Source of the DNA: an uncultured delta proteobacterium
GTDB lineage: Bacteria; Myxococcota_A; Polyangia; Polyangiales; Polyangiaceae
Assembly: GCA_963716725.1 (NCBI GenBank)
Contig: CAVQUB010000011.1
Location: 192,001-256,000, forward strand
Direction of reading: 5' to 3'
Length of the DNA stretch: 64,000 bases
The stretch's first letter is position 1; each line of letters begins with the position of its first letter. The position numbers were made by a program, and so were the translations under genes. The notes under the pieces were generated by a model. That model did not search any database, was not told the origin of the DNA, and saw nothing but the letters and a program-made list of their open reading frames with translations. Positions 1 to 11,811 of this stretch are shown one piece after another.

Positions 1-3000
1 TCCGCCCTGCTCGACCAGGCCCTCGCGCGCATCGAAAACGAGCCCGCGCTGACCCACGCTCGCTTGATCACCGCAGAGATCACGGGCGACACGCAGAAGA
101 GCGCCGATCTGGCCAAGGTCGCCCTCGCGGCGGGCGCCAAGGGCGGTGTGGCCGCGGCGCTCTGGTTGAGGGTGGCCGAAGCAACCGCATCGGAGGGCGA
201 TCGCGCGGCTGCGCTCGACGCGGTCCGTCACGCTCTGGCCGAGGACGCCGGGAGCATCCCGTCTCGCGTGCTCGAGCTCGATCTCCTCGACGCCGGAGCA
301 GACCCGCAAGCGCTGGCAGCGTCCCTCGAAGCCGCCGCAGAGTTGATGGGGAGTGACGGCGCCAAGGCGCGGTACTTCTTGCTCGCGGCGGACACCTGGG
401 CGCGTCTCGCCGGGGACGTCGCCGGTGCAAAGGCGGCGCTCTCGCAGGCCGGAATGTACGGCGCTTCTCCGCTGACGATCGCGCGCGTCGCCCGGATGCT
501 CGCCGCGCTGGGCGGCGACGCTGCCTGGTACGAAGAATCGACGCGCCGGCTAGTGACCGCACATCCCGGAGACGACGAGACCGCGCATGCGTGGTTCGAA
601 CTCGGCCGGCTCCGGCTGCTCCGCGGGGAGTTCGATCAAGCTCGCGCGGCGCTCTCGACGCTCTGCGAGAGCGACCATGGCCGGTGGGTGGGCGCTGCGC
701 TTCGCGCCTACGCCCTACCGCTCGTTTCCGGCAGCTCCGGGGGCGACGACGAGGCCGCGCTCGCGGTGCTCGCATCCCTCGCCCCCGACTCGATCACGGC
801 AAGCAGCATCCGCACCGCCATGGCGGTCCGCGCTCTACTGAGCGGCCGTGACGCCGACGCGCTCGAGCAACTGGGCGCGCTGCACGCGGAGAACCCCGGG
901 AACCCGAGCGCGACGGCCGCGCTCGCGGCCTTGGCTCGCAAGCAGGGCAACCCCGTCCGGGCGGCGGAGACGCTTTGGGCTGCCGCCGCGGAGCACCAAG
1001 ACGCCGAGCTCGGGGCGAGCTTCGATCTCGAAGCGGGCATCCTGTACTGGCAGGGCGGCGAGCGCGCCCGCGCCGTGGAAGCATTCGCCCGGGCCGCAGA
1101 GCGCTCTCCGGTGGCCGGCGGCCCAATCCTCGGGTGGGCGCTGAGAGCCGCCGAGCCGGACTCCCTCGAAGCGCGCCGCCGAGCGCTCGCGGCCAGCGAG
1201 GACTCCGAGAGCGGAGCGCTCGCGCTGGAACGCTTCGGGGTCGAAATGGCGCCGGGCGGCGACGCGGACACGGCGCGGGAAGCGCTCGACTTGGTCTCGG
1301 CGGCGGACGAGCGCGCTCTCAGGGATGCCGGACTCTTGGCCCGCGCGCTGACGGCCGCTCCAGCCGAAAGGAGCGAGCTGCTCGACGCCGTTTCGGCTTT
1401 CGGGAGCGAGGCCGAGGCGGTGGCTGCGGCTGCCGCGCACGTGGCGGAGCTCGAACGCGGCGACGTCGATGCGACGCGACGGCTTCAGTCGGCAGCCCGA
1501 TGGGCAGACAGCGACGCGCACGTCAGCTCCGCGCTCGAGTGGCTCGGCGCCTCCCTCTTGGCCAACGACTCGCCAGCAGAAGTCGCGGCCCGGCGAGCGC
1601 TCGCCGAGCGCCTGCCGGGCGCGACCGCGTGCGCTCATGCACGCGAGCGCAGCGCTCGTGTCGGCCTTGAGCGGCGCGGGTGGCGAGCCACTGCTCGAAG
1701 GTGACTCCGAGTGCACCCGCCTCGCGAACCTCGAGCTCGCGCCTCCGGGTTGCGATCCGCGTCGCCGTGCCCGGGCGCTCGCGGGAGTCGAGGCCGCGCT
1801 CGGCGATGACGGCTCGGCGCTGAGCCGTGCGCTGGCCGGCTGGAATCTGCTGGTGTCCGGCGACGCCGACGCCGCACTCGCAGCGTTCAGAGTCGTGACC
1901 GAGGCCTACCCCGAAGAGGTCATCGGTTGGGAGGGCCTGCGCGTCACCGGGGATTTGCTCGGAGAACGCGGCGTCGTTGCCGAAGCATGCGCGTGTCTCG
2001 GCGACGCCGTCCACGACGATGCGCGCGGAGCCGAGCTGTGGGAGCAATCGGCATTCATCCTCATCGACGAGCTCGGGGACGAAGCTCGCGGAGAGTTCGC
2101 CCTTTCGCGCTGCATCGCACGCGATATCTGTCGAGGGAAAGCCTTCGACAAACTGTTCCGACTCGTGCGCGCGCGCAAAGACGGCGGCCGTCTGCTCGAG
2201 CTCATCGGCCTTCGCCTCGAGGTGGCGGAGGAGCCCGACGAGATCGCCAAGCTCTACTGGGAACGCGCTCGCGTCTTGCGGGAGGCCGGCGACCGCGACG
2301 GCGCGCTCACCGCCCTCGAAAACGTCACCTTGCTCGAGCCCGATCACGTCGGCGCGCTCGCGCTCTCTGGTGAGATCTACCTCACGAGCGGCAAGCTGCC
2401 AGAAGCGGCCGAGAAGCTCGCTCGGCTGTCGACCTTGTCCGACGCGCCCGTCAAGCAGCGGTTGATGAGCGGCGTCGCAGCCGTGGACATCTACGAGAAC
2501 AAGCTGAAGGAGGTCGACAAGGCCCTCGAGGTCCTCGATGGCCTCTACCGCGCCGGGCTGTCGACATTGCCGGTGCGCGAGCGACTCGCGCGCGCCGCCG
2601 CCAAGACCCAGTCCTGGCAGAAGGCCACCGAAGTGCTCGAGCAGCTGATGGCCGAACGCGACACGAAGGAGGGCCGAATCGAGGCCGCGCGTCTGGCCAT
2701 GGTGATCCACCGCGACCGACTCGATGAGCCGAGCGGTGCGGGCGACGCCGCCGCGCGGCTCCTCCTCGAGGCGCCCGACGACGGTGAAGCCCTCGATCTG
2801 GTGCTCTCCGGCGCGCTCCCCCAGGTCGAAGCACCGCTGCTCCGAGCGGGGCAAGACGCGCTGGTCGAAGCGCTGATGCGCGATCCTCTGGACGCAGAGC
2901 GCGTGGACCGCCTCGCGAGGATAGCCGCGCACATCAACAACGCTCCGCTCCGGCAAGCCGCACTGGGATCGCTGGTGGCCCTGGGAGAGGGCTCCGCCGA

Positions 3001-3841
3001 GATCGATCGCGAGCTTTCGATTCTGGACCAGCGCGTCGCGCACGTTCCGCAGATCGTGATCGATCCTCGAGCGCTGCCCGACCTGTGTGATGCCGAAGAC
3101 GCTGGACCCATTGCCGAGTTGGTCCTCGCCATGGCCACCACCTTCTCGGAGGCGCTCGGGCCTAACCTGTCCAGCTTCGGCGTTGGCCGGAAAGAGCGCG
3201 TAGACCCCCGGGCAGGCCTTCCGGTGCGCAACGAGATCGCCGCCTGGACGGGTGCGCTCGGTATTGGCGATTTCGAGGTCTACATCGGCGGCCCAGACGA
3301 CCAGGGCATCTTCGGCGTGGGCGCCGAGGTCGCAGCGTTGGTCGTGGGCCGCGCAGTTCAGGCTCCTCTTTCGCCACTGCACCGCCAAGCCGTGGCGCGC
3401 GAGCTCTTTGCGCTGGTGCGAGGCACGACGATCCTTCGACACCGCGACCCGACGGACGTCGCCGCGTTGATCGTGGCGGCTTGCCGCATCGGCGGTTTCG
3501 AAATGCCCTCCCCACAGTACGCGATGCTCGGCGAATTCACCCGCGTGCTGACCAAGGAAGTGTCGCGCAAGGTCAAGAAGAGCTTGCCGGATCTCGCGGC
3601 TCGAGCAGCCGGCTGCGGTCAAGATCCACTGGCCTGGGTGCGGGCGGCCACGTCGAGCCTCGACCGGCTCGCGGCCATCGCCGCGGGGGACGTGTCCTGG
3701 GTGTTGAGCGGCTCCGAACAGCTTCGCGGCCAGGTCGGAGCGTCGCTCGAAGCGCAGGAAGAATCCTCGCATCTCTTGTCCTTCGTCGTTTCCCCCACCT
3801 ACCTCGGCTTGCGCGAAAAGCTCGGGATGACGGTCCGATGA
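1..3841 (+). CDS. Large Ala-rich TPR-like protein, 5'-truncated by the window edge, split by a +1 frameshift near 1620-1636; C-terminal degenerate M48/zincin-like domain
   Basis: Frame 1 is open from base 1 and reads as helical repeats up to ...ERLPGA. The protein-like sequence then continues in ORF 1469..3841 (RALMHASAALV...). The stop overlaps the next start (ATGA at 3838-3841). Confidence 0.75.
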
Positions 3842-6800
3842 GCAACCCCGAAGACCCGAAGCCGAAGGCCAAGCCACCGACTCCGGGAAGCACCGGTCGC
3901 AGCGCGAGCGCTCGCAGCATCGGCGAGGAGCTGGGCGATCTCGACTTCGAGCCCGACGCGCTCCTCGACTCGCTGCTCTCGGACGACCCGCATCAGAAGC
4001 CCGAACCCGCTCCGCCCGGCGCGGTCGACGCGCCTCCCGCGGACTCCGGCAAGCTCTTCGAGCCCGAGACGCGCGAGTGGGATTCCGAAGGCGTCACCCT
4101 GGCGGGCAAGCTCGAACACACGGCGCCCGGACCCCGCACGGGGGATTCCGTGGACGACTTGCTCGCCAATGCGATCGTTGCTCCTCCCACACCCGCCCCA
4201 CAACCACCGCCGGCGGCGCCACCGCGGCCCGCCGCACCGCCGCGACCTGCCGGCCCGCCGCGGCCGGCCCCGACACGACCGGCCCTACCGCCACGCCCCG
4301 TCGCGCCTCGAGCTCCGCTGACTCCCGAGGCGCCGGCGCCCAACCCTCCCGCGTCGGCTGCCGACGAGGCGAGCAACATCGAAGCTCTCGGTCTCGACGA
4401 GTTCACTGAGGTGCCTCCTTCGATCTCCAGCTCGGACGCGGACATCGACGCGTTGGTCGGTGGGCTCGAGCCCGCCGACGGTGCGCTCGATGTCGAGGCG
4501 AAGCCCGGAGACTCGCCGCAATCGCTCGCTCCCGACGATGTGGTCGCCGACGATGTGGTCGCCGACGATGTGGTCGCCGACGATGTGGCCACCGACGATG
4601 TGGCCACCGACGATGTGGCCACCGACGATGTGGCCACCGACGATGTGGCCACCGACGATGTGGCCACCGACGATGTGGTCGCCGACGATGACGGCGACTC
4701 TATGGTCGAGCCGAAGCTTGGAGCCGAGCCACTCTGGACGCCCGCGAACTGGGAGCAGGATCGCCCCGCAGCGGTGCACCTGGCCGAGCAAGAAGGACTC
4801 GAAGCGTGCCTCGCGCGGGCGGCCTGGTTCGAGACGGAGGCGCGGTCGGCCGAGGACGCGGGCGCGAAGGCGCGAGCGTTGCTGGTCGCGAGCGAGCTCT
4901 TCGCGCTCGCGGGCGACGCCAAACGCGCCCGGAGCCTCGCCAACGAATCGCTCGCGCTCGCTCCAACCGCGCCGTTGATGCAGCGGCAAGCGCGCCTGTT
5001 GGCAGCGCAAGACGAAGACTTCAAGACGGTGCTGGCGGCCCTCGACAACGAGGCAAAAAGCAGCGCAAACCCCGCGGTCCGGAGCCACGCCGTGTACGTG
5101 GGCGCGGAGGTCGCGCGCTGCGCGCTGAAGGACTCGGCCCAGGGAGATCGGCGCCTGGACGTCCTGCACAAGCTCGACGCACGCGACCCACGCCAGCCCG
5201 TGATGAAGCTGGCGCGGCAGCTCGCTGCGAGCACCAGTGCGCCGGTGGCGCCCCCGGGCCTGGTCGGTGATCTAGCCGTGCTCGGCCGCGCGGTATTGGA
5301 CTTGGGGAGCCTCCGCGCAGACGGCGAGCCGGCGGCGGACAGCCCTCTGCGCGCCGTCCACTTCGAACGTGCGCGGCGCGCGCTCGCCCGCCACGAAATA
5401 TCCCAGGCGGGCGAGGCCATCGCTGCGCTCGCGACGCTTCCCGGGCTCGAGCTCGGCGCGCGTTGGCTCGCGGCGTCGCTGCTCGCGATCGACTCGAGCA
5501 CGAGGCCCAAGGCCATCGAGTTGCTACGAAGCCTCATCGAAGAAACGCAGTCGCCCTCAGCGCGACGCGCGTTGGCAGCTCGCTCCTTGGAGCAGGGAGA
5601 TCCGTCGGGACTGTCGGAACTGCTCCAAGGCCAGGACTCTGCGGACCTCTCCGCTGCGGATCGCGTCTCGCTCGCCGCCCTCACGGGGGCCGCGCACGAG
5701 CTGGTGGACCGTTGGCTCGCTCGCATCGAAGCAGATCCGCGCCTGACACCGCTGGCGGCCGCCGCGGCGTCGGCCAGTCGTTCGCCCGAAGCGCCCCTCG
5801 AACTCGTCTGTGGTGATGGCGCGGCTCGCACTGCAACCATCCTCGGGCGGGCGATCGTGGCCGGCCGAGCAGAGGGCGCTGATGCCGGAATGCTGCGCGC
5901 AGCGCTCGAAGCTCATTCGATGGCCCAGGGCGACGATCCGCTCGTCAGCGCCCTCGAGGCGGAGCTCGCCTTGTCCGCGGGCGCGGCCGTCCGAATCGCC
6001 CAGGTCATCTCGAGCGGGCCCAGCGCCGAAGACCCGAAGGCCGCCCGCGACAAACACCTGGTCGCGGGGCTCCTGCTCGAGATCGGCCGCGACCCCGACG
6101 CCGCCGCGCGGCAGTACTCGAGCGCGCTCGGTGCGGATCCAACGGCCGAACCCGCCGCGCGCGCCATGCTCGCCGCTGCCACCCCCGCGGGGGCCGCTGA
6201 GCTGCTGATCGGCTTGGCCGACTCGGCCGCCGACGACGCGCACAAGTCGCTACTCTTGCTGGAGGCTGCGCTGCGGCTGGGCATGGAGTCAGCTGAATTC
6301 CCCGCGCTGATCCAGCGTGCCGTCGATGCAGATCCGACCCAGCCCTTCGCGCACCGCCTCGGCAAACAGCACGCCCGGGTGCGCGGCGACGCCGACGCCT
6401 TGCTCGCGCGGCTGCGACGTCGGCGCGCAACCGCGGACGATCCCGTGGAGGGCGCCCTCGACGCCGTCCGCGAGGCGCTCTTGATCGCCGACACCGAGCG
6501 CGAAGCCGCCGCCGAGCTCCTGGAGACCGCCAGCGCGGCACGTCCCGCCGACGTCGCGCTGCACGAGCTGCGGGAGCGCCTCTCGCCCGCCGGCGGAGGT
6601 TCCCGCGGCGCATGGCGCGAGGCGGTTGCTGCCTCCGCAGAGGGGCCCGCGAAGCTGCTGTTGCTCGTGGAGTCCGCGCTCGAATACGAACGAGCAGACG
6701 ACCTCCCGTCAGCCGCGCGTGTCGCGCAGGACGCCGTCGCCGCGGGGGGCAGTGAGTTCGCAACGGTCACCGCCGAACGCTTGGCTCCCTTCGGCTCGGG

Positions 6801-9315
6801 CGGTGCCGCGCTGGCCGAGCGCCTCCTCGCCGAGGCGAAGGCCGCGACGGATCCCGTCGCGCAGTGCGAGCTCTACGAGCGGCTGAGCGAGTTGGACCGC
6901 GTCCGCGGTGACACCTCGAGCGCGCTGCTCTGGCAAAGTGCCATTCTCGAGGCCGACCCCAAGAACCTCCGGGCCCTCCGCACCCTCGAGCACGCGTACA
7001 TCAGGGACGGGCGCCTCGAAGACCTCGAACCCATCGCCGCGGCCCTGGCAGGGCTCCTCGATCGCAACGAAGCAACGGCCCACGCCGTGCTCGCTGCGCG
7101 CCTATCACCAAGGCAAGCCACCACGGAGAGGACCCGCCAGCTCGCGGAGCTCACGCTCACCCACGAGCCTCCGTCGCTGTGGGCGCTGAGGACGCTCAGC
7201 ACGGTCGCGCGGGATTCCGGCGACGATGAGCTGGCCCTGCGAATGGACAAGGAGCTGAGCCAGAGAGTCGCGCGCGCCATCGACTCGGCAACACTCGCGC
7301 TCCGCGCCGGTGAAGCCGCCATTCGCGTCGGCAAGCTCGACGAAGCCAAGGCTCTGCTCGACCGCGCAGTCGAGCTCGTCCCCGACCACCTGGTGGCACT
7401 CGCCAGGCAGGCAGAGACCCTCGAGGCACAGGGAAACGCCCAAGGCGCAGCGGAGGCCCTGGAGGCCCTCGCCGCGAGCAGCAAGGTCGCGGCCCATCAG
7501 ACCGACGCCTGGCACCACGCGGGTCGCCTGTGGTTGGACTCGGTCGGCGACGACGCTCGCGGCCGCGCGGCGTTGGAGACCGTCGCGGACATCGACCTCA
7601 CCCACGCTGACACGTTCACGCGGCTGCGCGCTTTGTACGTCAAACACGAGGAGCGCGAGAAGCTGGCCGCGTTGCTCGAACGCCGCATCGAGCTGACCGA
7701 CGATCCGGAAGAGCGGGTCTCACTGGAGGTCACCCGGGGCAAAGCGCTCGCGGAGATCGGCGACACCAGCGCCGCAAAAGAAGCCCTGGCAGCGGCTCTG
7801 GATGCCGATCCCGATCACGGCGACGCCCTCGATGCGTTCGCCGAGCTGTGTGTTCACGAGGGAGAGTGGGAGGGCGCGGAGCAGTCCTGGATCCGACTCG
7901 CCCGGCACTCGACGGATCCGGAACAGCAGGCCGAGATCTACCGGAAGCTCGGCGCACTGTACGACACCCAGATGCCGAACCCTCAACGCGCCGAACTCTC
8001 GTACCGTGAAGTGCTCAAGCGACTGCCCAACGACGTGGGGGCAATGGAGAGCTTGGTGCACGTCTACGGTCGGTTGGGCGACACCACCAAAGCGCTGGAG
8101 CTCCAGAACGATCTCTTGAATCGTGCCGGCACTCCGGAGGAGAAGCGCGATCGCACCATCGAGCTCGCGCGCGTCCAAGAGGAGTTCCTGAAAGACCGGC
8201 GCAAGGCCGAAGGCACCCTGGACAAAGCGCGCAAGACCTGGCCCCAAGATGGGGCCGTGCTTCGAGCCTTGGCGGAGTTCTACCGGCGTGGCGGTGAAAC
8301 GACGGCCCTGAACGTGCTGCTCGACCGCGCTGCAAACGACTCGCGACGCGCGCTCGGGACGGGCCGCTTCGACGCCGCGCTCTTCGAATCTCTAGCGACG
8401 GTTGCCGAGCTCCGCGGCGGCACCGACGCTGCGCGGGTCGCCAACGCCACGCTGTCCGCCCTGACCGGCGCGGACGCTTCGATCGAGGGCGCCGGTCTGG
8501 CAGCCGCCGACGCGCGACTCGACGACTTGCTGGCGCCCGAACTGCTCACGCTCCCCTTGCGCGCCCTGCTCAAGAAGGCCGGCGACGCGCTGGACGGCGC
8601 GTATCCGATGGACCTGCGCACCATCCGCGCCACTCCGCTGCCGTCGGAGTCGGGTGCTTTCGCCCAGCAGCTCCAGCAGATGGCCACCGCCTTCGGCATC
8701 AACAACCTCGAGGCCTACGTGTCGACCACGCTCGGTCCAAGCTGCGTTCCTGCCAGCGCCGCGCCGCCGCGCTTGGTCTTCGGCTCGGTGCTGCTCGACA
8801 AAGATGTGGACGAGAACGCGCGCACCTTTTTGGTGCTGCGAAGCCTGAAGCTGCTCCAGTCGCGCTCGGCGGCGCTTTCTCGAGCGGCGCCCATCGATCT
8901 GTGGCCCATGGTCGCGGGCATGCTCAGTGTGTTTGCTCCCAGCTGGCAGGCGCCCGGCGTCGACGCCAAGAAGGTGGCCGAGCACCAACAACGCCTCAAG
9001 ACCGCCCTCGTCCGCGAGCTCGACGGCGACGTGCCCGTCCTGGCCATGGAGGTGATCGGATCCATCGGCAACCGCGCGTCGCAGCTCGGCACGGCGGTCA
9101 ATCAGTGGGGCAACCGGACCGCGCTCCTGGCCATGGGCTCTCCCGCCACCGCGCTGCGCGGCATCGCGCTGGGCACCGGACACCCGGAGGGTCCGCCGGA
9201 AGACGCCGCGGAGCGCCTCAAATGGATCGTTCGCAATCCCGAGGCGCGCGACATCGCCGTCTTCAGCGTGAGCGAGCAGTACTCCGACGCGCGACGCCGC
9301 CTGACCCTCGGGTAG
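3838..9315 (+). CDS. Giant TPR protein with Pro-rich/acidic N-terminus and C-terminal degenerate M48-like domain (myxobacterial motility/polarity-type)
   Basis: ORF 3481..9315. The likely start is ATG 3838 (MSNPEDPK), coupled to the upstream stop. Many TPR-like units (e.g. ILEADPKNLRALRTLE, ALDADPDHGDALDAF). Confidence 0.85.
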   Translation: MSNPEDPKPKAKPPTPGSTGRSASARSIGEELGDLDFEPDALLDSLLSDDPHQKPEPAPPGAVDAPPADSGKLFEPETREWDSEGVTLAGKLEHTAPGPRTGDSVDDLLANAIVAPPTPAPQPPPAAPPRPAAPPRPAGPPRPAPTRPALPPRPVAPRAPLTPEAPAPNPPASAADEASNIEALGLDEFTEVPPSISSSDADIDALVGGLEPADGALDVEAKPGDSPQSLAPDDVVADDVVADDVVADDVATDDVATDDVATDDVATDDVATDDVATDDVVADDDGDSMVEPKLGAEPLWTPANWEQDRPAAVHLAEQEGLEACLARAAWFETEARSAEDAGAKARALLVASELFALAGDAKRARSLANESLALAPTAPLMQRQARLLAAQDEDFKTVLAALDNEAKSSANPAVRSHAVYVGAEVARCALKDSAQGDRRLDVLHKLDARDPRQPVMKLARQLAASTSAPVAPPGLVGDLAVLGRAVLDLGSLRADGEPAADSPLRAVHFERARRALARHEISQAGEAIAALATLPGLELGARWLAASLLAIDSSTRPKAIELLRSLIEETQSPSARRALAARSLEQGDPSGLSELLQGQDSADLSAADRVSLAALTGAAHELVDRWLARIEADPRLTPLAAAAASASRSPEAPLELVCGDGAARTATILGRAIVAGRAEGADAGMLRAALEAHSMAQGDDPLVSALEAELALSAGAAVRIAQVISSGPSAEDPKAARDKHLVAGLLLEIGRDPDAAARQYSSALGADPTAEPAARAMLAAATPAGAAELLIGLADSAADDAHKSLLLLEAALRLGMESAEFPALIQRAVDADPTQPFAHRLGKQHARVRGDADALLARLRRRRATADDPVEGALDAVREALLIADTEREAAAELLETASAARPADVALHELRERLSPAGGGSRGAWREAVAASAEGPAKLLLLVESALEYERADDLPSAARVAQDAVAAGGSEFATVTAERLAPFGSGGAALAERLLAEAKAATDPVAQCELYERLSELDRVRGDTSSALLWQSAILEADPKNLRALRTLEHAYIRDGRLEDLEPIAAALAGLLDRNEATAHAVLAARLSPRQATTERTRQLAELTLTHEPPSLWALRTLSTVARDSGDDELALRMDKELSQRVARAIDSATLALRAGEAAIRVGKLDEAKALLDRAVELVPDHLVALARQAETLEAQGNAQGAAEALEALAASSKVAAHQTDAWHHAGRLWLDSVGDDARGRAALETVADIDLTHADTFTRLRALYVKHEEREKLAALLERRIELTDDPEERVSLEVTRGKALAEIGDTSAAKEALAAALDADPDHGDALDAFAELCVHEGEWEGAEQSWIRLARHSTDPEQQAEIYRKLGALYDTQMPNPQRAELSYREVLKRLPNDVGAMESLVHVYGRLGDTTKALELQNDLLNRAGTPEEKRDRTIELARVQEEFLKDRRKAEGTLDKARKTWPQDGAVLRALAEFYRRGGETTALNVLLDRAANDSRRALGTGRFDAALFESLATVAELRGGTDAARVANATLSALTGADASIEGAGLAAADARLDDLLAPELLTLPLRALLKKAGDALDGAYPMDLRTIRATPLPSESGAFAQQLQQMATAFGINNLEAYVSTTLGPSCVPASAAPPRLVFGSVLLDKDVDENARTFLVLRSLKLLQSRSAALSRAAPIDLWPMVAGMLSVFAPSWQAPGVDAKKVAEHQQRLKTALVRELDGDVPVLAMEVIGSIGNRASQLGTAVNQWGNRTALLAMGSPATALRGIALGTGHPEGPPEDAAERLKWIVRNPEARDIAVFSVSEQYSDARRRLTLG
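4534..4683 (+). repeat. Coding 15-bp tandem repeat x10 (GACGATGTGGTCGCC / GACGATGTGGCCACC) encoding DDVVA/DDVAT
   Basis: Read directly: 3 DDVVA, 6 DDVAT, 1 DDVVA. Confidence 0.95.
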
Positions 9316-9352
9316 TTGCTCCAGCGAACGAAGAGGCGGGCTCGACCCGCGT

Positions 9353-9368
9353 TGGCACGCCTCGTGCT
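9353..9368 (+). promoter_or_regulatory. Putative sigma-54 (-24/-12) promoter
   Basis: TGGCACGCCTCGTGCT has exact GG-N10-GC spacing and is intergenic, directly upstream of ORF 9380. It follows a short hairpin GCGGG-CTCGA-CCCGC (9336-9350). Confidence 0.7.
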
Positions 9369-9379
9369 GTTGCCCGGTC

Positions 9380-9796
9380 GTGTTTCGAAAACCAATCAGT
9401 CATCGTCCCCGCCGAGGAGACCTTCAGGTCGCGTTACTCTCCGCGAATGGCGAGACCCTGGGCGGGCTCCAGAGGTACCTGACTCGCGCCGGGGTGAAGG
9501 TCCGCAGCGTGCTTCTGCCCGCGGCGCTGCTCGAACACACACCCGGCGTTCACGCGGTCGTGGCCTTTCCGGACGACCTCGACCCGAACGAAACCGCCGA
9601 CGTCCTCTCCGAGCTCCAGCATCGGGACCAGGACCTTGCCCTGGTGCTGGTCACTGCCAAGCCGGCGTGGTTCTCCGGAATCGGAGCGACGGATTTGGGC
9701 CGGCGTGTCGTGGTCTTGCCTCGCCCCGCGTGGGGCTGGACGATTCTCGACGCGCTCAGGGGCCTACTACGCGAGGGTCTGGCCGGGACTGCTTAG
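9380..9796 (+). CDS. Small stand-alone degenerate receiver (CheY-like) domain protein
   Basis: Alternating beta/alpha pattern (VALLS, VVAFPDD, LVLVT, VLPRP) resembles a REC fold, but it lacks the N-terminal acidic pair and the conserved Lys. Start uncertain. Confidence 0.55.
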   Translation: MFRKPISHRPRRGDLQVALLSANGETLGGLQRYLTRAGVKVRSVLLPAALLEHTPGVHAVVAFPDDLDPNETADVLSELQHRDQDLALVLVTAKPAWFSGIGATDLGRRVVVLPRPAWGWTILDALRGLLREGLAGTA

Positions 9797-9811
9797 GTCC
9801 AGACGCTTCGA

Positions 9812-10780
<969 letters not shown>

Positions 10781-10861
10781 TCCGTTGAGTTCTGTAGGCC
10801 ACCTTTGGTGCCCGAACCAGTGGCCTGGGCCACAGCCTCGCGATCGGCCCCCCAGCGCGGT

Positions 10862-10877
10862 CGGCACGACCCATGCA
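10862..10877 (+). promoter_or_regulatory. Putative sigma-54 promoter for the methyltransferase gene
   Basis: CGGCACGACCCATGCA, GG-N10-GC, in the divergent intergenic region. Confidence 0.5.
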
Positions 10878-11033
10878 CAGGGCGACTTTGCCTTCTGTGA
10901 GGCGCGGGTGAGAGCCGCGAGCCCGGGGGGTCGACCGGCGCTTTCTCGTCGCTATGCGTTCTCCGAAGAAACCCAACAAGCCGCGGCGCGGGACGGCTGG
11001 TCCACTCCCCGAGCTTTTCGAGCGACCTCGACG

Positions 11034-11723
11034 ATGCCCATCGCCCTGATTCACGCCGGTCTCCGCAGCGGTGCCGATGTGCCCGACGTGCTCTTCGACG
11101 CGATGTATTCCGCGAAGTGGCGAAGGGCGTCGCCGCAGTTCTGGAGTCCCGTGTGCGTCGCGCAGGTGGCGGCGCGATGGCTCACCGAGGGCGGCGCGAC
11201 ACGAATCTTGGACGTCGGTTGCGGCCCCGGGAAGCTCTGCGTCATCGGGGCCTTGACGACGCCCGCGTCGTTCGTCGGTGTGGAGCAGCGTGGCGAGCTG
11301 GTCGCAGAAGCTCGCGAGGCTGCCCGTCGTCTCGGGGTCGCCCACCGGGTTGCGATCGTGCACGGGGTGATCCAAGACCTGAGCTTCTCGGACTTCGAAG
11401 CTCTCTACTTCTACAACCCCCTCGGCGAGAACCTGCATGGCACCGAGGAGTGTCTCGACCGCACAGTCGAGTTGGGTGCTCGGCGGTTCCAGCGAGACAT
11501 GAACACCGTGGAGGCAGAGTTGGACCGCCTGCCCATCGACGCTCGCCTAGTGACGTACCATGGCCTCGGTGGTCGCATCCCGGACAGCTTCTCGCTCGAG
11601 CGAATCGAGCCCGCCGGAACCGACGTGCTGCGGCTTTGGATAAAATGCCGCGCCGAGAAGACCGGCTACCACGTGGAGAGCTACCACGGTGCGCGATCCG
11701 TGCGGACCGCGGCGTCGGCGTGA
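11034..11723 (+). CDS. Class I SAM-dependent methyltransferase
   Basis: Motif I ILDVGCGPGK, then VGVEQ and YFYNP. Start taken at MPIAL (11034) within ORF 10620..11723. Confidence 0.85.
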   Translation: MPIALIHAGLRSGADVPDVLFDAMYSAKWRRASPQFWSPVCVAQVAARWLTEGGATRILDVGCGPGKLCVIGALTTPASFVGVEQRGELVAEAREAARRLGVAHRVAIVHGVIQDLSFSDFEALYFYNPLGENLHGTEECLDRTVELGARRFQRDMNTVEAELDRLPIDARLVTYHGLGGRIPDSFSLERIEPAGTDVLRLWIKCRAEKTGYHVESYHGARSVRTAASA

Positions 11724-11811
11724 GGCGGCGCTAGCAGGGGCACACCGCGAGCCCACCGAGCGCGGCTGACACGGCAATTTCCTGCTTCGGCGTGGGGCCT
11801 CGGGCCGGAGG

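Noticed and set aside
4534..4683. Regular repeat resembling a CRISPR array
   Set aside because: Head-to-tail 15-bp units with no spacers, in frame within a CDS, and no cas genes nearby.
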